Assembly: GCA_002709695.1 (NCBI GenBank)
Contig: PAQF01000078.1
Location: 116,980 to 180,979, forward strand
DNA: 64,000 nt
Direction: 5' to 3'
From: Candidatus Poribacteria bacterium
Lineage (GTDB): Bacteria; Poribacteria; WGA-4E; UBA9662
In this document: positions 51,614 to 61,902 of the stretch, one piece after another
How positions within the stretch are numbered: position 1 is the first letter of the stretch
Layout: every line of letters starts with the position of its first letter
Position numbers and translations under genes: made by a program
The notes under the pieces: generated by a model
What the model was told of the DNA's origin: nothing
The model's database searches: none
What the model saw: the letters and a program-made list of their open reading frames with translations, nothing else

Positions 51614-53074
51614 TTACAAAATCCTCTCTCTCCACTGATACATGCGCAGAGCTGGATCGTCTGTTTCTTGCATCCATTTCTTCAATTTAGTTTTCAATAT
51701 TTTCAACTTATCTAAATACTTGGGGTTATCGATCAAGTTATCCATCTCGTATGGATCTGTTTCTAAATCATATAGTTCATCTTGGCTTGTTAGATTACAT
51801 CCGTATTTCAAATTCCCCATTCGGAGTGTTTTCATTGATGTTGCTACATTACCAAGTCCAAGAAATTCAGTAACCACAAAATCACGCCAATGTAATACTT
51901 CTCCCTTAATTAGAGGCAAAAGTGATGTGCCGTGGATTTTGCCTTGATCGTAGTCTCCATCTGCAAAATCCAAAATCGTTGGATACATGTCAGCGAGTGA
52001 TGAGAATTCCGAAATTCGCTTTCCTGCGTGCGATCTGCTTGGAAATCTAATAATTAAGGGAATGTGATGGGTTTCTTCAAAATGATGCCATCCTTTATCC
52101 AATAAACCACCATGGCTACCCAATGTTTCTCCGTGGTCAGCGGTAAAAATCAAGACTGTATTTTCCAATTCACCATTTTCTTTTAACCAATCATAGAGTC
52201 GACCAATTTGACTGTCAATCATTGATACTCGTGCATAATAATATTTTATTGCCACTGCCCAATCTTTCCAAGTTAATGATTCGTGGTTCCAATGAATTTT
52301 CAAGTGATGTGGACCTGAAATATCTCGCGAAGGCCATTCATAATTTGGCCAAGGCGGGATGTCAACATCTTCGTACCAATCCAAAAATTCGCTGGTGGCA
52401 AAATATGGTGCGTGTGGCCCCCAAAAATTCAGACTGATAAAGTATGGCAGATTCCGTCTTTTAAACGAACAGGCCATCTCAATGACGTTATCCACAAGAT
52501 ATGCTGGTACTGTTGCGTTTGTTGGTATTGCTAGTTCTCCAATACCGTTTCTAATCATAGTGGTGGGTTCATCCCAAGGTTGTACACTAAGTGTGTGTCC
52601 CTTGGAACGTAACCATTCCAAATAACTTGGATACTCCTGTCCAGCTCCACCATGTCCTGCAAAATCCTGTCCTTCGTATCCAATACATGATGGCAAAGAA
52701 GGTTTATTCGAGCCTTGAAAAGTTCTGTTTTGGTCTGACCCTAGGTGCCATTTCCCTGTAAAGCCTACGCCATAACCTGCTGCCTGTAATCGTCGAGGCA
52801 AAAGTTCAGGGCGGTCTTCCAATTCATGAACACTACACCCGACTTCATGTGTGTTTGATGTAATTCCATGGGTGTGTGGATATACTCCTGTTTGGATTGT
52901 TCCTCTCGCTGGGCTACAAACGGGATACACTGTATACGTGTTTTCAAACAGTACACCTTCGTTTGCCAACCGATCAATCTTAGGTGTGCGGCATGGTGTC
53001 TCACCATATGCGCCTACACCTGATAAACGGTGTTGATCTGTTAAGATGAATATGATGTTCGGTTGTTTTTTCAT
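51614..53074 (-). CDS. Formylglycine-dependent (Cys-type) sulfatase
   Basis: PNIIFILTDQ, VCSPAR, GKWHLG, PHAPY, ADHGE, DKG, LYDLETDPYE. Confidence 0.93.
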   Translation of the reverse strand: MKKQPNIIFILTDQHRLSGVGAYGETPCRTPKIDRLANEGVLFENTYTVYPVCSPARGTIQTGVYPHTHGITSNTHEVGCSVHELEDRPELLPRRLQAAGYGVGFTGKWHLGSDQNRTFQGSNKPSLPSCIGYEGQDFAGHGGAGQEYPSYLEWLRSKGHTLSVQPWDEPTTMIRNGIGELAIPTNATVPAYLVDNVIEMACSFKRRNLPYFISLNFWGPHAPYFATSEFLDWYEDVDIPPWPNYEWPSRDISGPHHLKIHWNHESLTWKDWAVAIKYYYARVSMIDSQIGRLYDWLKENGELENTVLIFTADHGETLGSHGGLLDKGWHHFEETHHIPLIIRFPSRSHAGKRISEFSSLADMYPTILDFADGDYDQGKIHGTSLLPLIKGEVLHWRDFVVTEFLGLGNVATSMKTLRMGNLKYGCNLTSQDELYDLETDPYEMDNLIDNPKYLDKLKILKTKLKKWMQETDDPALRMYQWRERIL

Positions 53075-53453
53075 TATAAAATATATTCTAATTTTAGTTT
53101 AATAATTTTCTCTTTCCAGTCAAGAAGTCCATCAGGCACCAACACATATTTAGGTGATGTATCCACGTTACAATCTCGTATTGATTATCTTATTTTTTAA
53201 AACGAGCTTATAGCTCGAAAGCTGACCCAACTTCATAGGTTTATTTTAGAAAAAATATTTGCTAATTTGTGCAATCGGAAATCGAAAAATACCATTTAAT
53301 ATTACTTAGCATTTACATTGAAAGAAGTCATAATTTCTACAGCCGAGATAAAAATTATGGAATGAAGACATATATTGCGTTTCAAATGAGTTTTGGTTGT
53401 GTTGTTTTGTAACGAGTTAGAGGTTCAGGGTAGCATGCTGTATAACTGAGATC

Positions 53454-53482
53454 TTGACACATTATATCATTATTAATTTAAT
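53454..53482 (+). promoter_or_regulatory. Putative sigma70 promoter
   Basis: TTGACA-N17-TTTAAT upstream of the phyH at 53718. Confidence 0.4.
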
Positions 53483-53717
53483 GTTTAAGTTGGAAATATT
53501 TGGCGAACTTTGATTGAGTCTACTACAAAATATTTGGCCTCTTCGTACCAGTAAATTAATTTGAATTCGCCATTTGATTTAGATAGACTTTAATCAATTG
53601 GTGACACGAATTTCTCTAGTCGATTAAAACTTTGGTTAATCTTAAATGATTTTGGTCAGGAGGAAAAGGTTAGTAAGATCTCATTTGTAGGAAATCTCCA
53701 TGTAGGTCAAAAAAATA

Positions 53718-54566
53718 ATGGTTGGTAAAATGGTAACAGGGAAGCAGTTTCGGTTAACTTCAGATGAATTGGGTCGATGGGATCGCGACGGTTATTTGGT
53801 TCGTCTTAACGTCTTCAGTATGGAAGAGAATGATGTGCTCCGTCAAGTAGCGGAAGATATTGTTGATGGTAAGCGCCCATTTCCCATTGTACACATTGAC
53901 CATAATGCATTGATTGGGGTAGGTAATGCAGAGCGAACTGGCATCTACGCTATGCACAAAATTCACCATCCAAGTAGTTACTCCACCGAATTTCTGTTTC
54001 GTACACGTGATCCTCGATTAACAGATCCATTAGTTGATCTCTTGGGGCCAGATCTTTTGGGGATTAATAACCTTTTTATCTGGAAATCGCCAGAGATAGG
54101 GTTAGGATTCCCTTGGCATCAGGATAAGTTCTACTTTCGCAGCCGGTTTCGAACGGAAACAACCGTTGGTACTTGGATGTCGATCGATGCAGCCGATCAG
54201 GAAAACGGCTGTCTCTATGTAATTCCAGGTAGCCACAAAAAGAACATTTTTCAGCATGATGATCTAGAAGGACCTCAACAGAGGGAGTTCAAATTAGCAC
54301 GCGATGTTCGCAACGAAGATGGCGTACCTGTGGAAGTTCCTTCAGGTGCTGTTATCTGGTTCCATAGTCATCTGTTACATAAGAGCATGGACAACCATAG
54401 CCAACGTTTTCGTCGTAGCTATGTAGCTCATTACCTCAGTGCACAAGCTGAATGGTCTAGTCCTGAAAATGTAGGATGTGGTCAAGCGATAATGTGGATT
54501 CGGGGGCGAACTTACCCCAATAAAGTCCATCAGGTAGAAACCGACGTTTTGCCGATTCCTAAATAA
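53718..54566 (+). CDS. PhyH-family Fe(II)/2OG dioxygenase
   Basis: RDGYL, PWHQD, ENGCLYVIPGSH, LLHKS..N...FRR. Confidence 0.92.
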   Translation: MVGKMVTGKQFRLTSDELGRWDRDGYLVRLNVFSMEENDVLRQVAEDIVDGKRPFPIVHIDHNALIGVGNAERTGIYAMHKIHHPSSYSTEFLFRTRDPRLTDPLVDLLGPDLLGINNLFIWKSPEIGLGFPWHQDKFYFRSRFRTETTVGTWMSIDAADQENGCLYVIPGSHKKNIFQHDDLEGPQQREFKLARDVRNEDGVPVEVPSGAVIWFHSHLLHKSMDNHSQRFRRSYVAHYLSAQAEWSSPENVGCGQAIMWIRGRTYPNKVHQVETDVLPIPK

Positions 54567-54661
54567 ATTGATGTCTCCTCTGTACTTGTGACTGTGCTGG
54601 TTGACCGTTCGGTTTAACCTTTTTTATTACTTAGCCTGTGTTGTTTTTTCATTTTAACCCT

Positions 54662-55456
54662 TTAAGAATCTACAAAGGGAAATGTCCCATTATAGCCTAG
54701 CGCGGTAATCGCCGGTAGTGACGAGCTGACGAACGAAATGCCTGGAAACATTGGTGTTTGCTGATAATGTAGTACCACGTTACTACGTAACGGAGTGTTG
54801 TCATCCTCTTGTGTCAGTTTGGCACCTTGGTGCGGAATATGGCTGAAGAAGACTACCGCGTCGCCAGTTAGTGGGTAAAGGTGGGTTTGTTGTTGTTTTT
54901 CGCACCACTGGTAGAATGGATTATCTGAGTTGTATCCACCGAGATGACGGATCTCTTCGGGCAAGGCGTTGTGGCAGAAGTTATCTATAAAGGTAAGTCT
55001 ACCTGTTTCAGGTGTGTTGTCTGTTAGGTAGAAGGTGGTATTGATGCAAAGCGGTCGCAATGCGTGGCGAGCTTCATCGGGAGCGTCCCAGTAATACCCG
55101 AAATCCTTGTGCCATTCTTGAGTATAGGCTCCAGGGTTAATATGCGCCCGAAAGCTGCGCAACTGGCATTGTCGGCCTAGCATGGCCTTGAGATACGGAG
55201 ATACCGAATCATGACCAATCAGTACTCGTGCCAACTCAGGTTCCTGTTCTAGTAGACGGTCGAAGGCCACATTGCCGACCTCGTTGCTAATATCCCATTC
55301 TTTGTGTTTGTATTTTCGTGTTAGGCATTCACGCCAAGCTTCAACTGTTTCTAAGTCGAGTGCGTCGCGCACAAGTAGATAGCCATGTTGATCTAGCGCA
55401 TCAAGCTGTGGTTCTAGGCCCTTAATTTCTGCCGTATCGGCGATTAGTTCTCCCAT
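54662..55456 (-). CDS. PhyH-family Fe(II)/2OG dioxygenase
   Basis: QHGYL, EWHKD, FYLTD, GDAVVF...PHQG; RBS AAGGAG. Confidence 0.88.
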   Translation of the reverse strand: MGELIADTAEIKGLEPQLDALDQHGYLLVRDALDLETVEAWRECLTRKYKHKEWDISNEVGNVAFDRLLEQEPELARVLIGHDSVSPYLKAMLGRQCQLRSFRAHINPGAYTQEWHKDFGYYWDAPDEARHALRPLCINTTFYLTDNTPETGRLTFIDNFCHNALPEEIRHLGGYNSDNPFYQWCEKQQQTHLYPLTGDAVVFFSHIPHQGAKLTQEDDNTPLRSNVVLHYQQTPMFPGISFVSSSLPAITALGYNGTFPFVDS

Positions 55457-56267
55457 ATTTTTCTCCTTTGCCTCATTTGTTTATCAATTGATCTATAAAA
55501 ACATTCTGTACACTGTGTCGTGGATATATCAACTGAATTTCGATGGTATAACATAGTTTATTTCTGTGTGCCAACCTGAGTTTATAAGAATTCATCCATT
55601 TTGCCGTCCTCTACTGAGATCTCGGTTTTCTCGTGTGGCTTGAGCTTTTTACTGTGTTAATTCCAAAAGTGGTCTTTGGCTGTGTGGAGACCGGGATCTG
55701 TCAACTTTAGTTTTGGACTAGATTTTACCAGTGCCAACAACTCAAAAATGGGCCGATTTCTCACCTCAAACCCAATCAAGAAAAGAATTTGAGGTAAATC
55801 TGACATAGAAGGCAGATTTGGAAACTTTTGCAGGCTGATGGTTCTTTCATTTTACCACAATTCCTGCTCCCTTCCAAGACTTTTGGCTATTTTACAATAG
55901 CGTGGTCTACGGTAAACGGGGCTAATGTGTTTCATGACAGAGAATGCTATCAAATTGTATTCTAATCTACTTGATAGCTATGATGCTGCAGTTTGGCTTA
56001 GCCGAATAAGGTTCAGACAAGTGTCTAGAGATTGTTTTATAGTTATTACATACTACACCAAAATGTTTTGTTACCTCTCTGAGGCATCTTCGACACTTAA
56101 TGTCTAATATTGCTGAAACATGTAATCTATTCAAATGTTTAGGTTGGAACTGATGGTTTCCTGGCTTTTTCAGTTTAGGCAAGAGGGCAAATCAATATAA
56201 CAGAGACCTTTAGTTTATGAGAGGATTTTAGATTTTATTTGTAGTTGTTAGTAGTTGAGTTTAACAT

Positions 56268-57446
56268 CTAACTGCCTAAGCGTTTGTTTTCTTCCTCAAG
56301 CCAGTCTGCATCAGCCATTGGCATTGGTGTCAGTTCCTCTAGTCCAGCTTCATTACGCCAGCGTATTAGTGGATGTTCGCGATTGAGCTGTGGGAGGTCA
56401 ACGCGTGTACCATAAGCTGAGGATTCAAAAATCCCCATTATAATTTCGATGACATGAAGGCCTTCCGCTCCGCTACATTCGTGTTCTCTTCCTTCATCTA
56501 AAGCTCGGACATATTCGTCTACAAACCAATAATCACCTTCAACCATACTGCTATTACCAGAAATGGTTTTGGCTGCTTGCTCAAAGCTTTCTGGGTATAT
56601 GGGTTTTAGAGCTTGCCATTGATCTAGGTTGTTGTTTACAGGCAGAGCGTGAGGGTTTGGTAACTTCCATGCACCTCGTGGGTGCCACATCAATCGCCCT
56701 TCTGTACCATAGAGTTCGACCACATGTGCATCCAAGTTCAACTTGTCAAAGCGATGTTGTAGCAGAGTACCCGTTACCCCATTGTCAAATTGTAATGATG
56801 CGGTGACGTGGTCACCTGCAATGATGCCGTTTCCACGTGGTGCAGGCAAAACATCTTGTGGAGTAATAGGACGTCCACGAGTAGTAGCATGTGCGGTAAC
56901 GCTCTGGCAATGGCCTCCAAATTTTATCATAGAGGTTAGTAAATGAGTGCCAATCTCCATTAGCCCAAAACCGCCATAATACCCTTTTCCACTAGCGTAT
57001 ATATAACGTAATTCGCCGATCTCACCCGCCTGATAGGCTCGATTAATAGCTTGTGTCCAAGCACTCAACCTCCACTGATGGTGAACCGCAACTTGGACTG
57101 ATTTTTTTGATGCTTTACTCATTACTGCATCAGTTTCGATAAGATTCAAACCCATCGGTTTTTCTACTTCAATGTTAACTCCATGTTCCAACACTCGTAA
57201 TGCTAGTGGTGCATGCAAGGCAGGGGCAGTTGGGATAGCTACAATGTCAGGTTCTGTTTGGCGGATCATTTCGTCCAAATCCGTAAATCGAGCTTCTACG
57301 TTAATCTCATTTCCTAAGGTATTTAGCCTATCCTCAAGCAAATCACACAAACCGACTACCTCCGCCCGTGGATGGGCGTGATAAACTCTAGCTGCTGAAG
57401 AACCACGGGATCGACAGCCTAAAATGGCAACTCGGTACTGTTTCAT
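56268..57446 (-). CDS. Gfo/Idh/MocA family oxidoreductase
   Basis: ILGCRSRG, VEKPM, GKGYYGGFGLMEIGTH, YGTEG, REHPL..W. Confidence 0.9.
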   Translation of the reverse strand: MKQYRVAILGCRSRGSSAARVYHAHPRAEVVGLCDLLEDRLNTLGNEINVEARFTDLDEMIRQTEPDIVAIPTAPALHAPLALRVLEHGVNIEVEKPMGLNLIETDAVMSKASKKSVQVAVHHQWRLSAWTQAINRAYQAGEIGELRYIYASGKGYYGGFGLMEIGTHLLTSMIKFGGHCQSVTAHATTRGRPITPQDVLPAPRGNGIIAGDHVTASLQFDNGVTGTLLQHRFDKLNLDAHVVELYGTEGRLMWHPRGAWKLPNPHALPVNNNLDQWQALKPIYPESFEQAAKTISGNSSMVEGDYWFVDEYVRALDEGREHECSGAEGLHVIEIIMGIFESSAYGTRVDLPQLNREHPLIRWRNEAGLEELTPMPMADADWLEEENKRLGS

Positions 57447-58253
57447 TTTTTTCCCTTTGTCTAAGGATTATCGTAGAAAAAACGCGATTTGGAAATCGTT
57501 CTGCAATAGTCCAATTTAAAATGTAATCTGGTTGGAAGTTTTTTCCATTCTAGCAAATACAAACCTAATCCCGCAAGCTTTAAGTAGGATCTTGGAAATG
57601 GCTAACTATTAGTCCGATTCTAGTTCGGCTGAAACTATTCTTAAACAATCTATTTAGATTGGTTTGGGTTAGCAAAAAGCCACGTAAATCAATATTAATC
57701 TACACTATTGAGGTTCAGTCCTCTTTACCTTATATTCACTATGTTAAAATGCTTCTACATTGATCTTGGAGAAATGAAAATTATTTCCAATCACTGCGCG
57801 TGTTGAAATTGGTTTTGCTAAATTTCAAACTCTCGACGTTCGCCGGTTTTATAAGACTTACATCATCAATATATCAGCGGGTAAAGAAATGTTGTCACAG
57901 TAGTCTAAATTATCGACTAGATGCACATAAATTTACAGTATAGTCTGAAAATAAACAAATTCAAAGTGTCAAAGTACTGTATGAATATTATTTATCAGAA
58001 CAGCTGGATTCTAGATGGATTTAGGTTAACGCTAGAGCTGGCAGCTGATAAAGTTAACGAGTTATATTCAAAATTTTAATTCAAGATCTGTTTTCTACTT
58101 ATGTTGCATAACGCCCATGCTTGGTTTAGAATAGTTGATTGGAGATAGCCGTTATCAGGAATCGACGGTCTCAAGGGATTTCTATCGTGTTATGTGGTAT
58201 GTGACGATTCGAACGTAGAGCATCAAACTAATTGCTTAATTTGGAGGATTACA

Positions 58254-59267
58254 ATGAAAATCGCTGCTATGTTTACTGACGGTTCCGGTGGAATCGTTGA
58301 CCGGCCCGACCCTCAACCTGTCGAGGACTTTGTGTTGGTTAAAATCCGATCGGTGCCAATGTGTACCGAATATAAAGGTTTTAAAAGGGAACGTGAGCAA
58401 GATGCCGTGGGCTTTGGGCACGAAGCTGCAGGTGAAGTAGTTGCAGTCGCTCAATCGGGGCGGGTGAAGGTAGGTGATCGTGTTGTTGTTCAGCCTCAAC
58501 TTGGTTGCGGGGCTTGCTGGTTATGTCTAGATGGTGAACACATCCATTGCCAAAATGGGAGGCGACTGCCAGAAGGCCAGACAGCTGGGCACACTTATGC
58601 TCAATATATTCTCAAGCCCGATTGGTTGCTGTCACCTTTTCCCGAAGACATTAGCTATAAACACGCTGGAATGGCTTGTTGCGGTTTAGGACCAACATTT
58701 GGAGCTATGCAAAAGATGAATGTTAATGCCTTGGACACTGTTATGATTACGGGAATGGGGCCAGTTGGGCTTGGAGGCGTGATCAACGGTCATCATCGCG
58801 GTGCTAAAGTAATTGCAGTTGAGAGTCAACCTTTTAGGGCCAACCTGGCTCAAGAACTAGGGGCCACGGCTGTTTTTGATCCTAATGATGAGAATGTTCT
58901 AGATAAGATTATGGATTTAACTGATGGTTTAGGTGTTGATAAAGCTATGGATTGTTCAGGAGCGTCTCCTGCTCATCGATTGATGGTCGATGCACTTCGT
59001 CGAAAAGGGCAAGCTTGCTTTATCGGCCAGGGAGGGGATTTCCCTTTGGGTGCAAGTCGTGATATGATTAGCAAGGGAATAGGGCTACATGGGATTTGGC
59101 ACTATAATTTATCCTTCTTCCCTGCTTTGGTCAAAATGATCAATCAAGTTGGAGATCAGTTGGATAAATTCATCACCCACCAGTATGGAATGAGTCAAGT
59201 GCAGGAGGCTTGGGAACAACAATGTACAGGTAATGCAGGTAAAGTTGTTCTTGATCCATGGGCTTAG
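58254..59267 (+). CDS. MDR-family zinc-binding dehydrogenase
   Basis: Start reassigned to ATG 58254 (RBS GGAGG); MCTE, GHE, CGACWLC...C structural Zn loop, GMGPVG, GKVVL. Confidence 0.9.
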   Translation: MKIAAMFTDGSGGIVDRPDPQPVEDFVLVKIRSVPMCTEYKGFKREREQDAVGFGHEAAGEVVAVAQSGRVKVGDRVVVQPQLGCGACWLCLDGEHIHCQNGRRLPEGQTAGHTYAQYILKPDWLLSPFPEDISYKHAGMACCGLGPTFGAMQKMNVNALDTVMITGMGPVGLGGVINGHHRGAKVIAVESQPFRANLAQELGATAVFDPNDENVLDKIMDLTDGLGVDKAMDCSGASPAHRLMVDALRRKGQACFIGQGGDFPLGASRDMISKGIGLHGIWHYNLSFFPALVKMINQVGDQLDKFITHQYGMSQVQEAWEQQCTGNAGKVVLDPWA

Positions 59268-59496
59268 GATTTCACAAGCAATACTAATAACGTAAAGAGG
59301 GCGAAGAATTAAAAGAATTTTTTTAGTGTGTGCTTGGTTGTATTAATAATTTAGTACTATGTTGATTAAAGGCTTTTTTAACGGGTTCTATTTGTGGCAC
59401 AAGTTTAAGTCGACTCTCTTGTTGATTTGTGTTTCGGCTAGTTTTAGCAACGATTTAAGCTAGTCAATACCTTGGAGTAGAAAAGGGAAAAAGCAC

Positions 59497-60435
59497 ATGA
59501 AAGATGCTGGTAATTACATTGTTCCTAAGCTTGCTAAAATCCCAAATTGTACTGAAGTCACGATGGCGGGTAAGAAACTGGTTTTCGGGAAAACCATCTG
59601 GCAGCTTGAAGATAGTAACCACTTATTAGGAGATATTTCCGCTCTTCGGCGGCAGATGGACTCGGCTGGTTATTTGTTACTGCGAGGGTTTTTCGATCCC
59701 GTTCTAGTGGGCAAAGCTAGATCAGAAATCTTGGATTACATGTCATCACAAAATGTCCTCAACAGAGGTCAAGAGGCTGTTACTATTACGCAGGCAACAG
59801 CCTCACCTAACCATCATAGGTTAAGATTTACACATTCAGTGATTCAACAATTATCAGGATTTCTAGAAGTAGTCAATTCGCGCCAAATTCTGTCCTTTTT
59901 TGACAGTTTTCTGGGTGGGCCATCAATGTCGTTAGATCATAAATGGTTACGGGCTACTCCGCCAGGGAAAAATACGGGTGCCCACTGCGACGTGGTCTAT
60001 ATGGGAGCAGGTACTAAAGAACTATACACGGTCTGGACTGCTTTAAATAATATATCGTTGAATATGGGGCCATTGGCTGTTTGCCTTGATTCTCACCGAC
60101 ACCAGAAGCTAAGAGAAACCTATGGTGCTAGCGATGCACATGAAGACCTATTGGAAGGATATTTCAGTCGTGATCCTTATGAGATAATAGAAAAACTCGG
60201 TTTTCGTTGGGCGTCGACACCTTTTCAGGCAGGTGATATCGTGATTTTCGGTGTGTATTTAATGCATGGTTCCCTGGACAATTTGTCGGATAAATTTCGA
60301 CTGAGTTGCGATACCCGCTATCAGTTGGTGGATGCTGATGTGGATTGGCGCCACATGGGGGAACACCCTGACCAAATCCCAAAAGCAAAAAAACGTATAA
60401 GCATCCAAGATGCTAGAGCTAATTGGGGAATATAA
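59497..60435 (+). CDS. PhyH-family Fe(II)/2OG dioxygenase
   Basis: GYLLLRG, TGAHCDVVY, TVW, GDIVIF...MHGS, RLSCDTRYQ. Confidence 0.9.
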   Translation: MKDAGNYIVPKLAKIPNCTEVTMAGKKLVFGKTIWQLEDSNHLLGDISALRRQMDSAGYLLLRGFFDPVLVGKARSEILDYMSSQNVLNRGQEAVTITQATASPNHHRLRFTHSVIQQLSGFLEVVNSRQILSFFDSFLGGPSMSLDHKWLRATPPGKNTGAHCDVVYMGAGTKELYTVWTALNNISLNMGPLAVCLDSHRHQKLRETYGASDAHEDLLEGYFSRDPYEIIEKLGFRWASTPFQAGDIVIFGVYLMHGSLDNLSDKFRLSCDTRYQLVDADVDWRHMGEHPDQIPKAKKRISIQDARANWGI

Positions 60436-60563
60436 CTTAGTCTAGACAACGAACTACCGATAGTTTTCGGTATGTGCCGGAACAGTATTGGAATTTGCAG
60501 ATGAAAACAAACTAGGAATTAAGCCGCCGAAGCATAGTTATACCGAGTTTCAAGGAGGGTTCC

Positions 60564-61601
60564 ATGATTGATGCAGATAATGAAAAAAGCAGGCTGGTTG
60601 ATGGATTGCTTCGTGATAAACGGGGCTTTTGGCAGCCGGAAAGAGGGACGGCTCCACCAAGTCCTCTATTCGCATGGCCACCAAGACCAACTGAGGCCTT
60701 CAAATGGCTATTTGGCTTTCCGGGGTATCTATTTCCATGGAACGTCATCTATATGGTAATTGCGATGCTGACGTGGAATTACCTTCAGCCTCCTCTGTCC
60801 CAGTGTGTCGATTTTCAAGCCAGCTGGATATTTGCGATATATGTCCGAAACCAGGTTATGCTTGTGATTATCGTCAGCGCATGGCATCTAAGACTCTGGT
60901 CATTCAAATCTCAGGGGTTCAAGTTTAAATACACTTCAGATTGGATGGCAACCGGAAAACGAAAGTTCCTTTGGAATAACCAGCTTTACGACAATGTTTT
61001 CTGGAGTTGTGTGAGCGGCGGCACAATTTGGACGGCTTACGAAGTTCTGATGCTATGGGCCTATGCTAATAAGATTATTCCTTATATTGACTGGCGTCAG
61101 AAACCTGTTTACTTTCTTGTAATGCTTTGTAGCATTCAGATGTGGAGACTCTTTCATTTTTATTGGGTTCATCGTCTTTTGCATTGGCGGTTACTCTACA
61201 AAGCTGGACACTATCTTCATCACAAAAATATCAACATCGGACCGTGGTCTGGATTAGCCATGCACCCGATTGAACACATCCTCTACTTCAGCTGCATTTT
61301 GATTCATTGGGTCGTACCTTCACACCCAATTCACATGTTGATGAATGCACATCATGCTGCATTTACCCCTGCACAGGGGCACGTTGGGTTCGAGAAACTT
61401 ACCATCAGTGGAAACTATAGTGTTCCCGCGGCTTCATATTTTCATCAATTGCACCACCGCTACTTTGAGTGCAATTATGGGGAAAACGATTTACCTTTCG
61501 ACATGTGGTTTGGTACCTACCATGATGGGTCTACTGAGGCACACACGCAGATGCGAGAAAAGCGAAGATCTAAACATAATATTCTAACTGAAGCCGATTA
61601 A
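60564..61601 (+). CDS. Sterol desaturase / fatty acid hydroxylase superfamily membrane di-iron enzyme
   Basis: His boxes HRLLH, HYLHH, HQLHH; NYG...DMWFGT; RBS AAGGAGG. Confidence 0.9.
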   Translation: MIDADNEKSRLVDGLLRDKRGFWQPERGTAPPSPLFAWPPRPTEAFKWLFGFPGYLFPWNVIYMVIAMLTWNYLQPPLSQCVDFQASWIFAIYVRNQVMLVIIVSAWHLRLWSFKSQGFKFKYTSDWMATGKRKFLWNNQLYDNVFWSCVSGGTIWTAYEVLMLWAYANKIIPYIDWRQKPVYFLVMLCSIQMWRLFHFYWVHRLLHWRLLYKAGHYLHHKNINIGPWSGLAMHPIEHILYFSCILIHWVVPSHPIHMLMNAHHAAFTPAQGHVGFEKLTISGNYSVPAASYFHQLHHRYFECNYGENDLPFDMWFGTYHDGSTEAHTQMREKRRSKHNILTEAD

Positions 61602-61902
61602 CCTTTTTAAATAATGGCAGGAGAATTGGTTGTATCAATAGTTTTAGATGGAGAATCAGCTTCGCAAACTCTGCCCAACAACAGGAATCTGAGTATGTTA
61701 GCGTTGGGTCTAGGGGATGTTGATATCAAATTCGGGCATTCTATTCTGCACGCTGTGTAGTAGGTGAAACTGTCGAAGAAAGTTTCTCTAGCAACCAGCT
61801 ATATCTTTTGTGAGACAGGGCTTAGTTGCACATTTATTCAATATCAGCGCCAAGTGCACCCAATTGTAGTCTAAGGACAATCGAAATAGCCATTCAACTG
61901 CT

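Noticed and set aside
55680-55830. IS end or ncRNA (short inverted repeats ACCTCAAA/TTTGAGGT and AAATCTG/CAGATTT)
   Set aside because: Only 7-8 bp stems; no transposase, no partner end and no recognisable RNA family.
55925-56182. Short opposing ORFs as a toxin-antitoxin pair
   Set aside because: No hydrophobic toxin helix, family motif or RBS.
1-60435. Halogenase among the PhyH paralogues
   Set aside because: All seven keep HxD; none shows the HxG/HxA substitution of Fe/2OG halogenases.
61614-61760. 48-aa ORF MAGELVVSIVLDG...
   Set aside because: No RBS or motif; length expected by chance.
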